A stretch of DNA of 63,700 nt, the filler included, from Octopus bimaculoides (taxonomy: Eukaryota), in the NCBI RefSeq assembly GCF_001194135.2. It is 5 parts of 4 records of this genome, joined end to end, with 100 filler letters (N's around TTAATTAATTAA, not from the genome) between each part and the next. Parts side by side here need not be neighbours in the genome. Positions count along the whole stretch, not along the records: positions 33,948 to 54,385 come from NC_068986.1; 4 more parts are not named here. One strand, written 5' to 3'. Shown piece by piece: positions 37,864 to 50,813 of this stretch. The notes beneath the pieces are model-generated. The model did no database searches, had not been told where the DNA came from, and worked only from the letters and a program-made list of their open reading frames with translations. The position numbers and the translations under genes are program-made. Position 1 is the first letter of the stretch, and each line of letters begins with the position of its first letter.

Positions 37864-38348
37864 CGGCTATATGTTCGGCTCTGTGCGCGGTGAGTATGCG
37901 CGTGTGTTTGTCTCAAGCTCCAAATGTCTACTGCCATAACAGACTTAAAATACAGTACGCCGTGCCAGATCCTCAGCGCCCGAACAGCTGCTCCCAGTCG
38001 TCCCATTCCTTGCATTATCGCTAGTTTCTTCTTTACCTGCTGTGTGCACGGCGTACTTTCTCTGGTGTGTATTTACTGTATACATACGACGCGAGCCACC
38101 AAAATTTCGTATCTGTTGACCAACAGTGTCTACATGGTTATATTTTATTAGTACACATAATATTGCAACACAACTTTCCCACATCAATTGATGTGGACTT
38201 ATTTAAAATTAATCCGAAAGAGATCAAAGCAGAAAAAGAACTCATTATATCCAAACACCTCCTGAATAAATTCGTCTTTAAAACACTGGATAAACCACCG
38301 ACCCTCGGGTACATCTTGGCAAACGACAAGTCCTGACTGGAGAATGTT

Positions 38349-38545
38349 TCCTTTACTGGTTTCAGTCATTAGACTGCGACCATGCTGGAGCACCGCCTTG
38401 AAAAATGAATAGACCCCAGCACATAATTTTTTAAAGCCTGGTGCTCATTCTGTCGGGTTTTTTTGCAAACCGCTAAGTTACGGGGAGGTAAACAAACCAT
38501 TACCGGTTATCAAGTGGTGGTGGTGGTGGTGGTGGTGGTGGCGAC
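38349..38545 (-). mobile_element. SINE family B, 3' part
   Basis: catgctggagcaccgcc...accgctaagttacgggga...accggttatcaagtggtgg. Confidence 0.85.
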
Positions 38546-38588
38546 AAACAGATACAAAAACAAATATGCGTGTGTGTGTGTTATGTGT

Positions 38589-38987
38589 GCAGGCTTGGCT
38601 GTGTGGTTTCCCAACCACATAACTCTGTGTTCAGTCCCACTTGCGTGGCACTCGTCTTGTGTGNNNNNNNNNNNNNNNNNNNNNNNNNNNNNNNNNNNNN
38701 NNNNNNNNNNNNNNNNNNNNNNNNNNNNNNNNNNNNNNNNNNNNNNNNNNNNNNNNNNNNNNNNNNNNNNNNNNNNNNNNNNNNNNNNNNNNNNNNNNNN
38801 NNNNNNNNCCCCACCACCGATAGACAACTGGTGTTGGCGTGTTTGTGTCCCCGAATCTAGCGGTTCGGCAAAAAGAGACCGATATAATAAATACTAGGCT
38901 TTAAAAAATAAGTACTGGGGTCGACTCATTCGACTAAAAAAGACGGTGCCCCAGCATGGCCGCAGTCTGATAGATGAAACAAAAGAT
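38589..38987 (+). mobile_element. SINE family B (head, gap, 3' part)
   Basis: Head ggctgtgtgg...gttcagtcccac; the 3' part is gcggttcggcaaaagagaccgat...ccagcatggccgcagtc. Confidence 0.85.
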
Positions 38988-38995
38988 TTTTTATT

Positions 38996-39042
38996 GATGT
39001 ACCTGAAGAGACCCAGAACGGGTCGAAACATGTGCTGCATTC
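38996..39042 (+). ncRNA. Minimal type I hammerhead-ribozyme-like motif (PLE type)
   Basis: CTGAAGA (39003-39009), perfect stem II GACCC/GGGTC, GAAA (39025-39028) and palindromic ACATGT. The cleavage position and stem I are degenerate. Confidence 0.65.
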
Positions 39043-39152
39043 AATAAAGTCTATTACACATTCCATCTCCTATTTTATTAATACTACATATATAAACGCG
39101 CACATACATATATACATACATGCATGCATACATAATACATACATACATACAT

Positions 39153-39290
39153 ACACGACAGGCAGCTTTCAGTTTTTCTCTACCAAATCCACTCACAAAG
39201 CTTTGGTCGGTCTGGGGATATAGTAAAAAAAACACTTACCTAAGGTGCCTGCTGTGGGACTGAACCCAGAACCATGTAATTCGGATGCAG
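39153..39290 (-). mobile_element. SINE family B, 5' part
   Basis: ctaccaaatccactcacaaagctttggtcgg...gtgggactgaacccagaaccatgt. Confidence 0.8.
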
Positions 39291-39694
39291 TGCTAAGGTA
39301 TGACTTAAAATCCACACAAGATGATGCTATTAAGTTAGACATGTCCAGGACTAATAATGGAGGAAGATCTATTTAGGATAATACCATTTCAAAAAGTATA
39401 TTTCTAAGTATGATACCTAACGCTCATGCTATATACGGAAAAGTTTAATGTGAATGAGAATTCTCGTTTCATGCGTTAATTAAATATTCAAATGACTTCA
39501 GTTCCAAATTAATTTCAATTCAATTGACTTATTTTGACCTCATATTTACAGCAAATTACAATCTATAAATATAGCAGAGAGAATAAAACGTTTATGGTCG
39601 TCCAAGGTTCCGTTGCAAAGGCCAAGTTTGATGGCAAAACGTCATGAAACCGTAGTGTTTCTTATAAATGAAATTAGAAAACAACAAGAACGTG

Positions 39695-39745
<51 letters not shown>

Positions 39746-41055
39746 ACAATGATGATGAGGATGAGGAAGAGGAGGGGGGAGGGTGTTGTTTGAGGAGGAT
39801 GGGGTGCGAGATGAGGAAGTGGAGGAGGAGGACGAGGACGNNNNNNNNNNNNNNNNNNNNNNNNNNNNNNNNNNNNNNNNNNNNNNNNNNNNNNNNNNNN
39901 NNNNNNNNNNNNNNNNNNNNNNNNNNNNNNNNNNNNNNNNNNNNNNNNNNNNNNNNNNNNNNNNNNNNNNNNNNNNNNNNNNNNNNNNNNNNNNNNNNNN
40001 NNNNNNNNNNNNNNNNNNNNNNNNNNNNNNNNNNNNNNNNNNNNNNNNNNNNNNNNNNNNNNNNNNNNNNNNNNNNNNNNNNNNNNNNNNNNNNNNNNNN
40101 NNNNNNNNNNNNNNNNNNNNNNNNNNNNNNNNNNNNNNNNNNNNNNNNNNNNNNNNNNNNNNNNNNNNNNNNNNNNNNNNNNNNNNNNNNNNNNNNNNNN
40201 NNNNNNNNNNNNNNNNNNNNNNNNNNNNNNNNNNNNNNNNNNNNNNNNNNNNNNNNNNNNNNNNNNNNNNNNNNNNNNNNNNNNNNNNNNNNNNNNNNNN
40301 NNNNNNNNNNNNNNNNNNNNNNNNNNNNNNNNNNNNNNNNNNNNNNNNNNNNNNNNNNNNNNNNNNNNNNNNNNNNNNNNNNNNNNNNNNNNNNNNNNNN
40401 NNNNNNNNNNNNNNNNNNNNNNNNNNNNNNNNNNNNNNNNNNNNNNNNNNNNNNNNNNNNNNNNNNNNNNNNNNNNNNNNNNNNNNNNNNNNNNNNNNNN
40501 NNNNNNNNNNNNNNNNNNNNNNNNNNNNNNNNNNNNNNNNNNNNNNNNNNNNNNNNNNNNNNNNNNNNNNNNNNNNNNNNNNNNNNNNTTGGTGGTGGTG
40601 GTGGTGGTGGTGGTGGTGGTGGTGGTTAACGATGGCGATAACAGCGGTGGTGGTAATAAATTGTACGTTTTTCCATGTGAGTGTAGACGAGCGCTGAAAC
40701 TAATGTTACTGGTATGGATTTTGAAAAAAGCAAAGAACGACCTGTTTATCAAAAGATGTGTAACCATCCACTCGAGACCGAAATGAAAACACAATTACTT
40801 TATCAAAATCTCAGAATGAAATTCTTGATTAAGAACTGCCCACGATATCCCCAGAAATCACACCTGAAATTGAACAGAGCATCACTAAAACGAAATTTTG
40901 AGTAAGATCTTGACAATGACGCGTCATGAGAATTTCGTATTAGAAATTTCATACAACTAAATATCAGTGAAAACATTTACGAAACAGGCGTATTTCCTTG
41001 TACAAGATATTTCTAATTGGTAACTATTCTACTTAACATCTTTAAACATGGAAAT

Positions 41056-41335
41056 CTATCCATCCATTTTTCCCGCCCAACTTTCTTAGAAGGGTCGTAG
41101 GAGTAGAGTCCTAGGTACTTCTTCCACAGGGTCCTGTCTTAAGCCACTGGCATTACACTTTCCGACTGGATTTCCAAACATGACCAACTGAGATATGAAT
41201 ATTGTCCTACCATTTTAGTCTTAGTCTATCCCTAGGTCTCCGAAGGATTTCTAGACTGAGATTACCCGATAGGGTGCGTTGCTCGGATATCAGAGAATCT
41301 TTCCAAATCGAGCCGCTGCTGCTCTGCAAAAGCAA
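41056..41335. pseudogene. RTE-clade LINE 3' end with an inverted upstream segment
   Basis: Minus 41056-41215 gives LSWSCLEIQSESVMPVA*DRTLWKKYLG and ends in ATGGATGGATAG. Plus 41238-41330 gives LRRISRLRLPDRVRCSDIRESFQIEPLLL, the RTE/Expander-type post-RT motif (DRVR...IRE...EPLLL). Confidence 0.7.
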
Positions 41336-41639
41336 GAACGTCAGGAATGATGACGGTCTGAGAAATGTCGGCAAATGTCGAATGTCAAAAAAAAAAAGCC
41401 ATATTTTGTTTACAGTATCGATTCATTGAAAAAGGCCAAATTAACACATCTAATTTCCCAGCAGAGAATGGATGTTGGGAAACAATGTGACAAAATTGCA
41501 GAGAATCCAAAGTAAGAAACAGCATAAATTGAATTATGTATCATTGAGAACGTTCGATAGAAGCCATTCACACAGTTGTTTAAGCAAAACATTTCAACAT
41601 AAATGAATTGCAGGAGTGGTGTTTAAGTAGACTAATATT

Positions 41640-43100
41640 TTACTCTAATTTATTTCTGAGTGAAAGGAGGTTAGAATTTCTGTTACCTCTCAGCTGATTG
41701 GCAATTTTAACAATAGTAACTTTCTAGGGGGTTTTGGACTTTAACCCCATCTGAATCACACGCTCGCAAGCCGTGTCAGGAAGGTTACGGTAAGACAGGG
41801 AAAAGGAGAAAGGTTGCAAGAACATTATTTCGTAGCTGAATTAGAAAAAGAATTTATTTTCTTTACTCCGATCTCGTTTTGACATACATACTGTCTGAAA
41901 GATCAAAGACAAAATAGCATTCAATAATAGTTGTTGCGATACCTAATTCAGCACATGTCGCTCAAAACAATATTTATCAAACACTACTTTCCAAGTATAG
42001 GTTGTGAATTTAAGATTCGTGGGAGATTTCTCTTTTGAAAACTCTTGTGAGAGAACAGGTTCTGACCTTACCAAACTGGTGACGGAAAGACAGAGTAAAA
42101 TTGCCATTCTCTTGGAAAGTTGTAGAAGAAATCAATGATTCAACAATGGTGTCAATATGGCAGCCAAATACAAGACAGTACAAAAGAAATTGTTTAATGA
42201 AAATAGCCCCCGCTATTTTTTCGTTATGTGGAAGCTGTGCAGTGAATTTTGTGATAAATATCCAGAGTCGTTTACTGAAGCAGTTACCTCAAAAATAATG
42301 GCTAGAATAAATACCAGGCCTAGAAAATACAAACTGGTGTTGATTTGTTCTACTAAACCTTTGAATCAGATGCCCCAGCCTGGCCGCAGAAAACAAGGAA
42401 AAGATAAAAGATAAAGATGTCATCCATCAAGTTCAATACTATTGCTCCTTTTAAGATCTGCGACATGGTATTAAAGACAAGAGATGCGTCTGTAGATATG
42501 GAAATGGATAAAATTAAGACGTTTACTGAAAATCTGCTGTAGCTGCGAGATCAGTTCGAAATTCTACAAACAGAATCAAAGCATATCGTTCACGTTTTTA
42601 GCAAATCGGAATTAAACAGCAATCAAAGCAGAGAAAATACTAGATTTTTTAAACCAGACAAATGATGAAAACTAAGCAAAATTTCATGACATCTGACGCA
42701 TCATTATTTTGGACATGTGATTGTTTTAAGTCACAGATGTGTCTATCATCGGTGGTCTAACAATCGTCAAGAGTTTACAAATTGAAACTAACTAAATGCA
42801 AATGAGCGAAAATGAAAGAATTTGCTCATGTGAACCAGCCACCTGATGAAACCTATATGGCAGACGATAAGACATGCAGTATCATTATTTCGGACGTCTG
42901 ATTTATTTGTCATAGATGCGTCTGTCATTGTTAGTCGAAAAAGAAAATTTGAAGCTGCAGTGAACTTTTCTGGCATTCTTCTGGGAATAGTTGTCTATAT
43001 CGGAAAAATCTTTTGACCTCAAAGTGCGTGTCATTTATAGAAATTTGAAATGCTGAATTAAATGGCAAAGAAATTCCTAAGGAATTCTTTGACACGAAAT
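41640..43100 (+). pseudogene. hAT-superfamily DNA transposase fossil (ZMYM1-like type)
   Basis: Frameshifted fragments GNFNNSNFLG, HYFVAELEKEFI, SIIVVAIPNSAHVAQ, RTGSDLTKLVTE...LESCRRNQ*FNNGVNMAAKYKTVQKKL, FSLCGSCAVNFVI and SRENTRFF appear in the expected order for hAT (NGNFL, YSII.D.TPD.SH.EQ, CRGQ.YD.GANM, C..H.LNL). The 3' boundary is uncertain. Confidence 0.7.
42300..42418 (+). mobile_element. SINE family B 3' fragment inserted in the hAT fossil
   Basis: gaataaataccaggcct...ccccagcctggccgcag...aaaagataaaagataaaga. Confidence 0.65.
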
Positions 43101-43221
43101 ATACGAGAAGTTTGGAAAGAAAATTTACAACTTTCAGTTGAAAACCATAATTCTCAGAACAAACATGTCACATAAACTTCTAGTGTCAGTACGTAAACTT
43201 AGCGTTGAGTAATATCTCAAA

Positions 43222-43432
43222 TATTGATTTCAAATTTTGGCACAAGGCCAGCAGTTTCAGATGAGTTTCGGATGATATCTAACCTAGAATCCAACTAAGA
43301 CTTATTTTATCGATTTGAAAGGATGAAAGGCAAAATCGACCTCTGCAGAGCTCGTTTTTAGAATGTAAAGACGAATGAAATAACGCTAAGCATCTTGCTT
43401 GGATTACTAACGATTTCGCCAGCATGCTACCT
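43222..43432 (-). mobile_element. SINE family D monomer
   Basis: ttttggcacaaggcc...ttattttatcg...aaaggatgaaaggcaaaatcgacctc...cgctaagcat...ctaacgatttcgccagc. Confidence 0.75.
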
Positions 43433-43719
43433 CCATCGTATGACAGCAGTCACCAACTTAAAGAAGGAGACCGTCCAGAAGAGTTGCAGGAGATTCCGAA
43501 GTCGTCTGGAGACCGTGGCTGACGCCAACGGTGATTTTATTGAATAAATCTACTCTTTAGTATTTCGAGACATGCTTATGTAATTTTGGTTAATATATCT
43601 GTTAAAATGAGATGTCAGTGTTATTTTCATTTTTGTGTAATTTAGACTACAGTATATATATTAAATAAAATAAAACCAAGGTAATGTGATATTTTTAGGA
43701 CATTTATAGAGGGGAAGGT

Positions 43720-43770
43720 GGTGTTACAGCTGTTTCAGGGAAATAAAGGATATCCCATCATCAGAGACGA
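43720..43770 (-). ncRNA. Minimal hammerhead-ribozyme-like motif
   Basis: Minus strand: gtct CTGATGA T GGGA tatcctttatt TCCC T GAAA CAGCTG T A. Palindromic ACAGCTGT with a GUA triplet; stem I is imperfect. Confidence 0.55.
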
Positions 43771-44031
43771 GATTTTCAATAGAAGGAATTAGTAGAGTTC
43801 ATTATAAAAGAAGTTATTTTGGAAAGGGAAAGATAGAGAAAGTATAAAAGAAAATATGAAAATAAAAATAGATGTTGGATGTTATGGTTGGTGTTTCGTT
43901 ATCAGAAGAACAGGCAGTGTAGAATGGGTAAAGAGGCATCTTGTCTATGGTATATAAATTCTGATAGTTCACATATATATAAATATATATACATACGTAC
44001 ATACATATATATATGTGTGTGTGGGGGGGGG

Positions 44032-44074
<43 letters not shown>

Positions 44075-44610
44075 NNNNNNNNNNNNNNNNNNNNNNNNNN
44101 NNNNNNNNNNNNNNNNNNNNNNNNNNNNNNNNNNNNNNNNNNNNNNNNNNNNNNNNNNNNNNNNNNNNNNNNNNNNNNNNNNNNNNNNNNNNNNNNNNNN
44201 NNNNNNNNNNNNNNNNNNNNNNNNNNNNNNNNNNNNNNNNNNNNNNNNNNNNNNNNNNNNNNNNNNNNNNNNNNNNNNNNNNNNNNNNNNNNNNNNNNNN
44301 NNNNNNNNNNNNNNNNNNNNNNNNNNNNNNNNNNNNNNNNNNNNNNNNNNNNNNNNNNNNNNNNNNNNNNNNNNNNNNNNNNNNNNNNNNNNNNNNNNNN
44401 NNNNNNNNNNNNNNNNNNNNNNNNNNNNNNNNNNNNNNNNNNNNNNNNNNNNNNNNNNNNNNNNNNNNNNNNNNNNNNNNNNNNNNNNNNNNNNNNNNNN
44501 NNNNNNNNNNNNNNNNNNNNNNNNNNNNNNNNNNNNNNNNNNNNNNNNNNNNNNNNNNNNNNNNNNNNNNNNNNNNNNNNNNNNNNNNNNNNNNNNNNNN
44601 TATATATATA

Positions 44611-44772
44611 TACGACGGTCTTTCAGTTTCCGTCTACCGAATCCACTCACAAGGCGGCGTCGGTCGGCCCGAGGCTAAAGTAGAACACACTTGCCCAAAA
44701 TGCCACGCAATGGGACTGAACTCGGAATCATGTGGCTGGTAAGCAAGATACTTACCATACAGCCAGTCCTGT
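44611..44772 (-). mobile_element. SINE family B, 5' part
   Basis: cgacggtctttcagtttccgtctaccgaatccactcacaagg...cacttgccca...gggactgaactcggaatcatgtgg...cttaccatacagcc. Confidence 0.85.
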
Positions 44773-45635
44773 GCTTGTGATATATATATACAAATGGCGA
44801 AAAACATAGATTAACCAGCGCATCGATAGGACCACATTTTGAAGCATATTTATTGATACAATGAAAGACATAAATCTAACAGCTGCTTCTGATCAAAATA
44901 CCAGAATGCAATGTATACATAAATGCGAGAATAAAATTCTTCATCCTCATATGGCATTCAAATTAAGGCAACGGATCTTCATCATAACAGTGAAAAACAA
45001 GAGCATATAATATACCAAAATGGAAGAAGGAAAAGGAAAGCAAAGATGGCATAGACAAAATGTCTAGAAGCCGTTGTGGGGATTCTTGGTATTAATTTCC
45101 TGTGAGTATTTTTTTTTTCCTTTTGTAACCTATGTTAATTTGTTTACCTTTACTTAAGTTCTCTCCGTTAATATAGGTTTAACCTTTGATATTTATGTTA
45201 GTATTTTCTTTACATAGAGGTCCTTGATAAATTCCTTTTTGTAACACTATGACCCCACTCCTAGCTACAGCCTCCCGTTAATAATTTGTAGTCCCTAGTC
45301 CTTTTATAGCTCACTCTCTCTCATTTGCGCTCTTTGAGCCCCGATGGTAAATAATTATGTGCACTTAACATATTGGGCTTCTACCTGTTAGATTTATTAT
45401 ATCTTGCAATAAATATGCTTTCAAATGTGATCCTATCCATGCACTGGTTAATCTATGTTTGTCTCCATTTTTTAATTATTTGCATCGGTTCCTGAAAAAC
45501 ATTTTGTTTATCCTTTTGTTACCTGCGCTCGACGTATAAGGTGTCCCTCAACACCATTGCTCGGGGTTAACACAGGTAACGGATGCTGATAATATATGCG
45601 GATGTTTTATCCCTTACTCGGTTACTACAACCGCT

Positions 45636-45670
<35 letters not shown>

Positions 45671-46042
45671 NNNNNNNNNNNNNNNNNNNNNNNNNNNNNN
45701 NNNNNNNNNNNNNNNNNNNNNNNNNNNNNNNNNNNNNNNNNNNNNNNNNNNNNNNNNNNNNNNNNNNNNNNNNNNNNNNNNNNNNNNNNNNNNNNNNNNN
45801 NNNNNNNNNNNNNNNNNNNNNNNNNNNNNNNNNNNNNNNNNNNNNNNNNNNNNNNNNNNNNNNNNNNNNNNNNNNNNNNNNNNNNNNNNNNNNNNNNNNN
45901 NNNNNNNNNNNNNNNNNNNNNNNNNNNNNNNNNNNNNNNNNNNNNNNNNNNNNNNNNNNNNNNNNNNNNNNNNNNNNNNNNNNNNNNNNNNNNNNNNNNN
46001 NNNNNNNNNNNNNNNNNNNNNNNNNNNNNNNNNNNNNNNNNN

Positions 46043-46088
<46 letters not shown>

Positions 46089-46663
46089 AGCATCTATGTG
46101 CTTACAAATGTCTATGTGTCTATGTCAATACACAAAATGGAGGCAGTATTTCATATGGTCAGAGAAATGAAATTTGTATTCTGATAGCGAAATAAATATA
46201 TTTTCACTTATTATAACAGATGACATGTTGAACTGCATGAATGTCACTAGGAAACCTCAGCATGTCAAATAGAGAATCTAATAGCTTTATGTAGAAGCCA
46301 ACTACTCGACTGAAACCTATCGGAACGTAAAAGGGAAGGAGCAAATCCTTTTATTTGGCAAACGTGTAACAATACTGATGCTTATGGCTTTGTAAACACT
46401 TGTCAATCTCTACACTGAACAGATGGTTGCAAATCTGAATTAGTGATATTTGAACACAAACATAGAGAAGCCGGTGACATTTTTTTCTATTTATTTTTTT
46501 TTTTTCTCCTTTATATCACTTGTAACAAGCAATTCAATGACAGAAACGCCATTGCACAGTATGTGAGAACTGACATATCCACGCACTCCATTCTGAACAG
46601 ACACATCATAGACAAACTCGTATATTTACATGTATATTTATTTGCTATATGTAAAGGAGCGTG

Positions 46664-46905
46664 TAGGTGGCGTGTCGGCAAAATTGTTAGCACGTCGGAC
46701 AAAAAGCCTAGTAGATTTTCCTGCCGCTCTTTGGCTCTGAGTTTAAATACTACCGAGATCAAATTTGGATTTAATCCGTCGAGGTCGATTCAATACGTAA
46801 ATGCGCGTAGCCAGTTGATTACGATACGATGTTAGAATCGCGGTTACAAGTTCATGGGTTCGATACTCGGGACCGAACGATGCGTTGCACTCTATTTCAC
46901 TTTAT
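46664..46905 (+). mobile_element. Adjacent degenerate SINE D monomer and SINE C-like head
   Basis: gttagcacgtcggacaaaaagc...ctgagtttaaat...gaggtcgat, then gcgtagccagttg...gggttcgatactcggg. Confidence 0.55.
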
Positions 46906-47689
46906 TCAACATCATTCAACTGAAAGTGACTTCTAGCCTAGAGCCCTCACTCACTTCACCTGACACATCCTCAGCGTTCTGCTGCTTCAAACGCGAGCTA
47001 TCTGAAAGCGGCGTTAGTGTCTGCTCGCAACTACAAGGCCACATAAAACATTACGAATTAGCTTTGTAACTTACTACCACGTCATATTTGATTACCAGTG
47101 GTGGTTGTTGTTATATGTGGTTTCATGTGTATATATTTGAGTGTGAATGTTTCGCAAATAGTTTTGTTGATATACGCCTACAACTAACCATACAATTAGA
47201 CTTTTGCGTAACTAAACCCTGTATTTAAAACCTAGACCTCTATCCGCATAATGAACTACAGAACAGGGCATTTACCACTCATCCAGTGACGAAAATATTC
47301 GGCGTTTCCAGTTTGAAAATATCAGCGAATAGATAATATATTCATTGCCTAATATGCATTGTAGCATCAACCGAGCGACGCATCTTTGAAACAGCTGTAC
47401 AGACCTTCTTCAGCTTATATTATCAATATACATGTGTAGAATCTCTTAATTTAATTTCTGCCAGCCAAAATTGTTCACCTGTGTTCTCTTTACTATTTGC
47501 TCGAACTATGTATTTCCTGTAGCCAATTCTAGTCATCCTGGAGTATTTTACCTTGATTAAGAACTTGGAGTTTAAGAAGATGGCCAGCCCGCGTACTAAT
47601 TTAGTGCTTATCTATTCTACACTGTCTTCTCAGCCACCTCCACTACATGCGCATAAATATGCATGTCTATATATGTGTCGGGGTGAGAT

Positions 47690-47774
<85 letters not shown>

Positions 47775-48676
47775 AAGAAAGAGAGAGATTTCCGTCAACG
47801 AAATATCACCTGAGGCTACGGGTAGAAAACTCTCAGCTAAGGGGGATGTGCCCAGGAGTTGAACTCAGCATCACACAGCTATACATGTGTCTTAATACAA
47901 GTAAAATATTAGCCGTCACAAAGAACACAGAAACAACCTGTTGACATTTCATTGAGTAAATAGGAAATTAAAAAATAAATAATTACCCATTAAAAACAAA
48001 AATATTTCTTGTTGTATAAGTGACCTGCATCAGCACAGCACTGGACTAAATACGCTAATGAATTTAATACAAATATTCTACAGTTTGATTTCGTGTCTTA
48101 TAGACTATTGATTTCACCCGAGGTCATTATAATGACTACCAAAAACATATTGGTTGAACATTCTTGTCCTTGAAATCGCGCTAATCATATTTTAGAACTT
48201 TTACGTGAGATACACTAGGTTGCGTCTACCTTAGTGTACGTGTATGTGTGTATGTCTGTCGACTTGTATGTATGCACTTCATCTGATTTACGTTAGAAAC
48301 CCCCAAAATATAACTGGTTAGGCCTAAACACCGTTACATAGAGATGGTGTTTTTGCAGCTGAATTAAGCCGTAATTCAGCGGACGCTACTCAAAGAAGCT
48401 CTTGTGATTAGCCTGTGTTTGTTGCGGTCGCTATTTCTTTTTCTTCCATCGCAGATTACAATGGAACCGAAACTAGATGTTTTATTTTCTCTTTTTCTAA
48501 GAATTGAGAATGATTCGAAGGAGCTTTAGCTGTTGTTCCTCGGAGATCGAGTGGCGATAACCAGTTTCCTTTATTTGCTAGGAGAGATGTGTGTTCAAGT
48601 CTCGGTTTATATTATACGTGTGTGTGTTCGTGTATGTATGCATGTATGTATGTATGTATGTATGTATGTATTTATG

Positions 48677-48717
<41 letters not shown>

Positions 48718-50775
48718 NNNNNNNNNNNNNNNNNNNNNNNNNNNNNNNNNNNNNNNNNNNNNNNNNNNNNNNNNNNNNNNNNNNNNNNNNNNNNNNNNNN
48801 NNNNNNNNNNNNNNNNNNNNNNNNNNNNNNNNNNNNNNNNNNNNNNNNNNNNNNNNNNNNNNNNNNNNNNNNNNNNNNNNNNNNNNNNNNNNNNNNNNNN
48901 NNNNNNNNNNNNNNNNNNNNNNNNNNNNNNNNNNNNNNNNNNNNNNNNNNNNNNNNNNNNNNNNNNNNNNNNNNNNNNNNNNNNNNNNNNNNNNNNNNNN
49001 NNNNNNNNNNNNNNNNNNNNNNNNNNNNNNNNNNNNNNNNNNNNNNNNNNNNNNNNNNNNNNNNNNNNNNNNNNNNNNNNNNNNNNNNNNNNNNNNNNNN
49101 NNNNNNNNNNNNNNNNNNNTATACAGAGTGAGAAAGCAACAGAGCGAGTGAAAGAGAAAATTTGAATGATGTACTACTGCAATATTCAAATAACTGTCAC
49201 AGATTCAATCGTACTAAATGTCATTTAGTAATAGAAATCCAAGAAGCTTCTTGTCTTCTTCTCAGCAAAGCCATTGGATGTGTGAACTTATGCGTTTGAT
49301 ATTCTAATTGAATTCGGCGAACAATTAAAATCAACTGTAACTTTTGTCTCCTCTGTAATACTAGAATCTGTATCTAGTGTCTGTGAACTTCCACGTTAAT
49401 ACACCTAATCAGTGGAGTCTCAGACGTAGGCGGGCAACAGTATATGTCATGTTTCTTTCGCATATTTATTTAGCTTCAGATCTAACATGATATATGTTTT
49501 TTTTTGTTTTGTTTTTTATATAGAAACAGTATTTGATTCTTTTATGAAAATTGTATTTGACTCATTAGTTGTGTCTTTCTAATAAAACATATAAAACTAA
49601 AATAACAGAATTTGATCAAGCATTTGCAACCGAGTCAATACGATTAGACATGAGCAAGAGTAAGTCAGAAAACTTTTTCTCACTAATAACGCAGCCACCG
49701 CCAGGCATATTTCATGTCAATTAGAGAGGTTTTAGATTCTTCAGCTTCTTTATACAAGGGAAGTGTCGGCTAATTTTCGGAAACCGATTGCCCCCCCACT
49801 GCACAATGGATAAATTGTTAAATGGAAAACAATACCTATGCTGCATAATGTAAACTTACTTCCTTAATCTATTTTGCAAACTTCGTCCAGCCACATTCAG
49901 GTTTCACTTGATCTATTATCACCAACTTTCATTTCATTTGCTTGTAATGTATTTATTTTAGTCCAGTAAATAAATTCCCGTTGTTCCTGTGCAAATTGTC
50001 AATAATCGATAATGTATTTACCAAGTGGTGTGGCTTGTACGTGTGATCTTCGGTCAATTACTTCTCCAAAACCTGTTGAGAAGTGAATAGTCGGGGAGGG
50101 TAGTTAGTCGCTCGTCAGCTTCTGGCATTATTTCAGACAACTGCTTTCCATCAAATGAACCGAGGTGCTCAATAGAGTAGTCAATTCATTCCGGCAGATT
50201 GTAATAAAAGAAAGCCGCTGGCTACTATTTCAATGCATGTCTGCTCTACTTGATATTATAGCATTCACATATCGACCCTAATGAGCACCGTTTCGCTGCA
50301 GATCACGTCTTCATTTCTGTTTCAAATTCTGCTTGTTCTTAATACTTACTAAACTTTCTACCGTGTAAAAAACTTCATTAAATGAAGTTACTTATTTTGC
50401 CGTGAAGAAAGAGACAAGTCTAACATATTATACTGGGTCCTTCCTAGAAACAATACACTTCTCTTCCTCGCTAATTTACTTCGCAAACTTTTTTTATTCC
50501 AGTTATTTGCTGGCGTAGTCTATCATTGGTTTTCTAGGAAACTAAGGCTTCAATTTCCAGTATGTAATTTACCGCGTGATGTTTGCATCAACAAATCAAT
50601 GAAATCACGTGATAGACAACAGCGGTAGTTTCAATCAAATATGCGCATCTGAAATCCGATGAGTATATCTCTAACGAACAAAACTCTCTTAATTCTCTAT
50701 GATCCAAGAAAACCTATTTTAGAAACAGGATTATAAGAATCATACAGTAGTTCGTATTATACAATAGTTTTTTTG

Positions 50776-50813
<38 letters not shown>

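Noticed and set aside
38067-38393. Several overlapping open frames, one with a faintly caspase-like GRWFIQCF
   Set aside because: No consistent splice sites, the putative acceptor overlaps a SINE tail, and I could not choose a frame or support homology.
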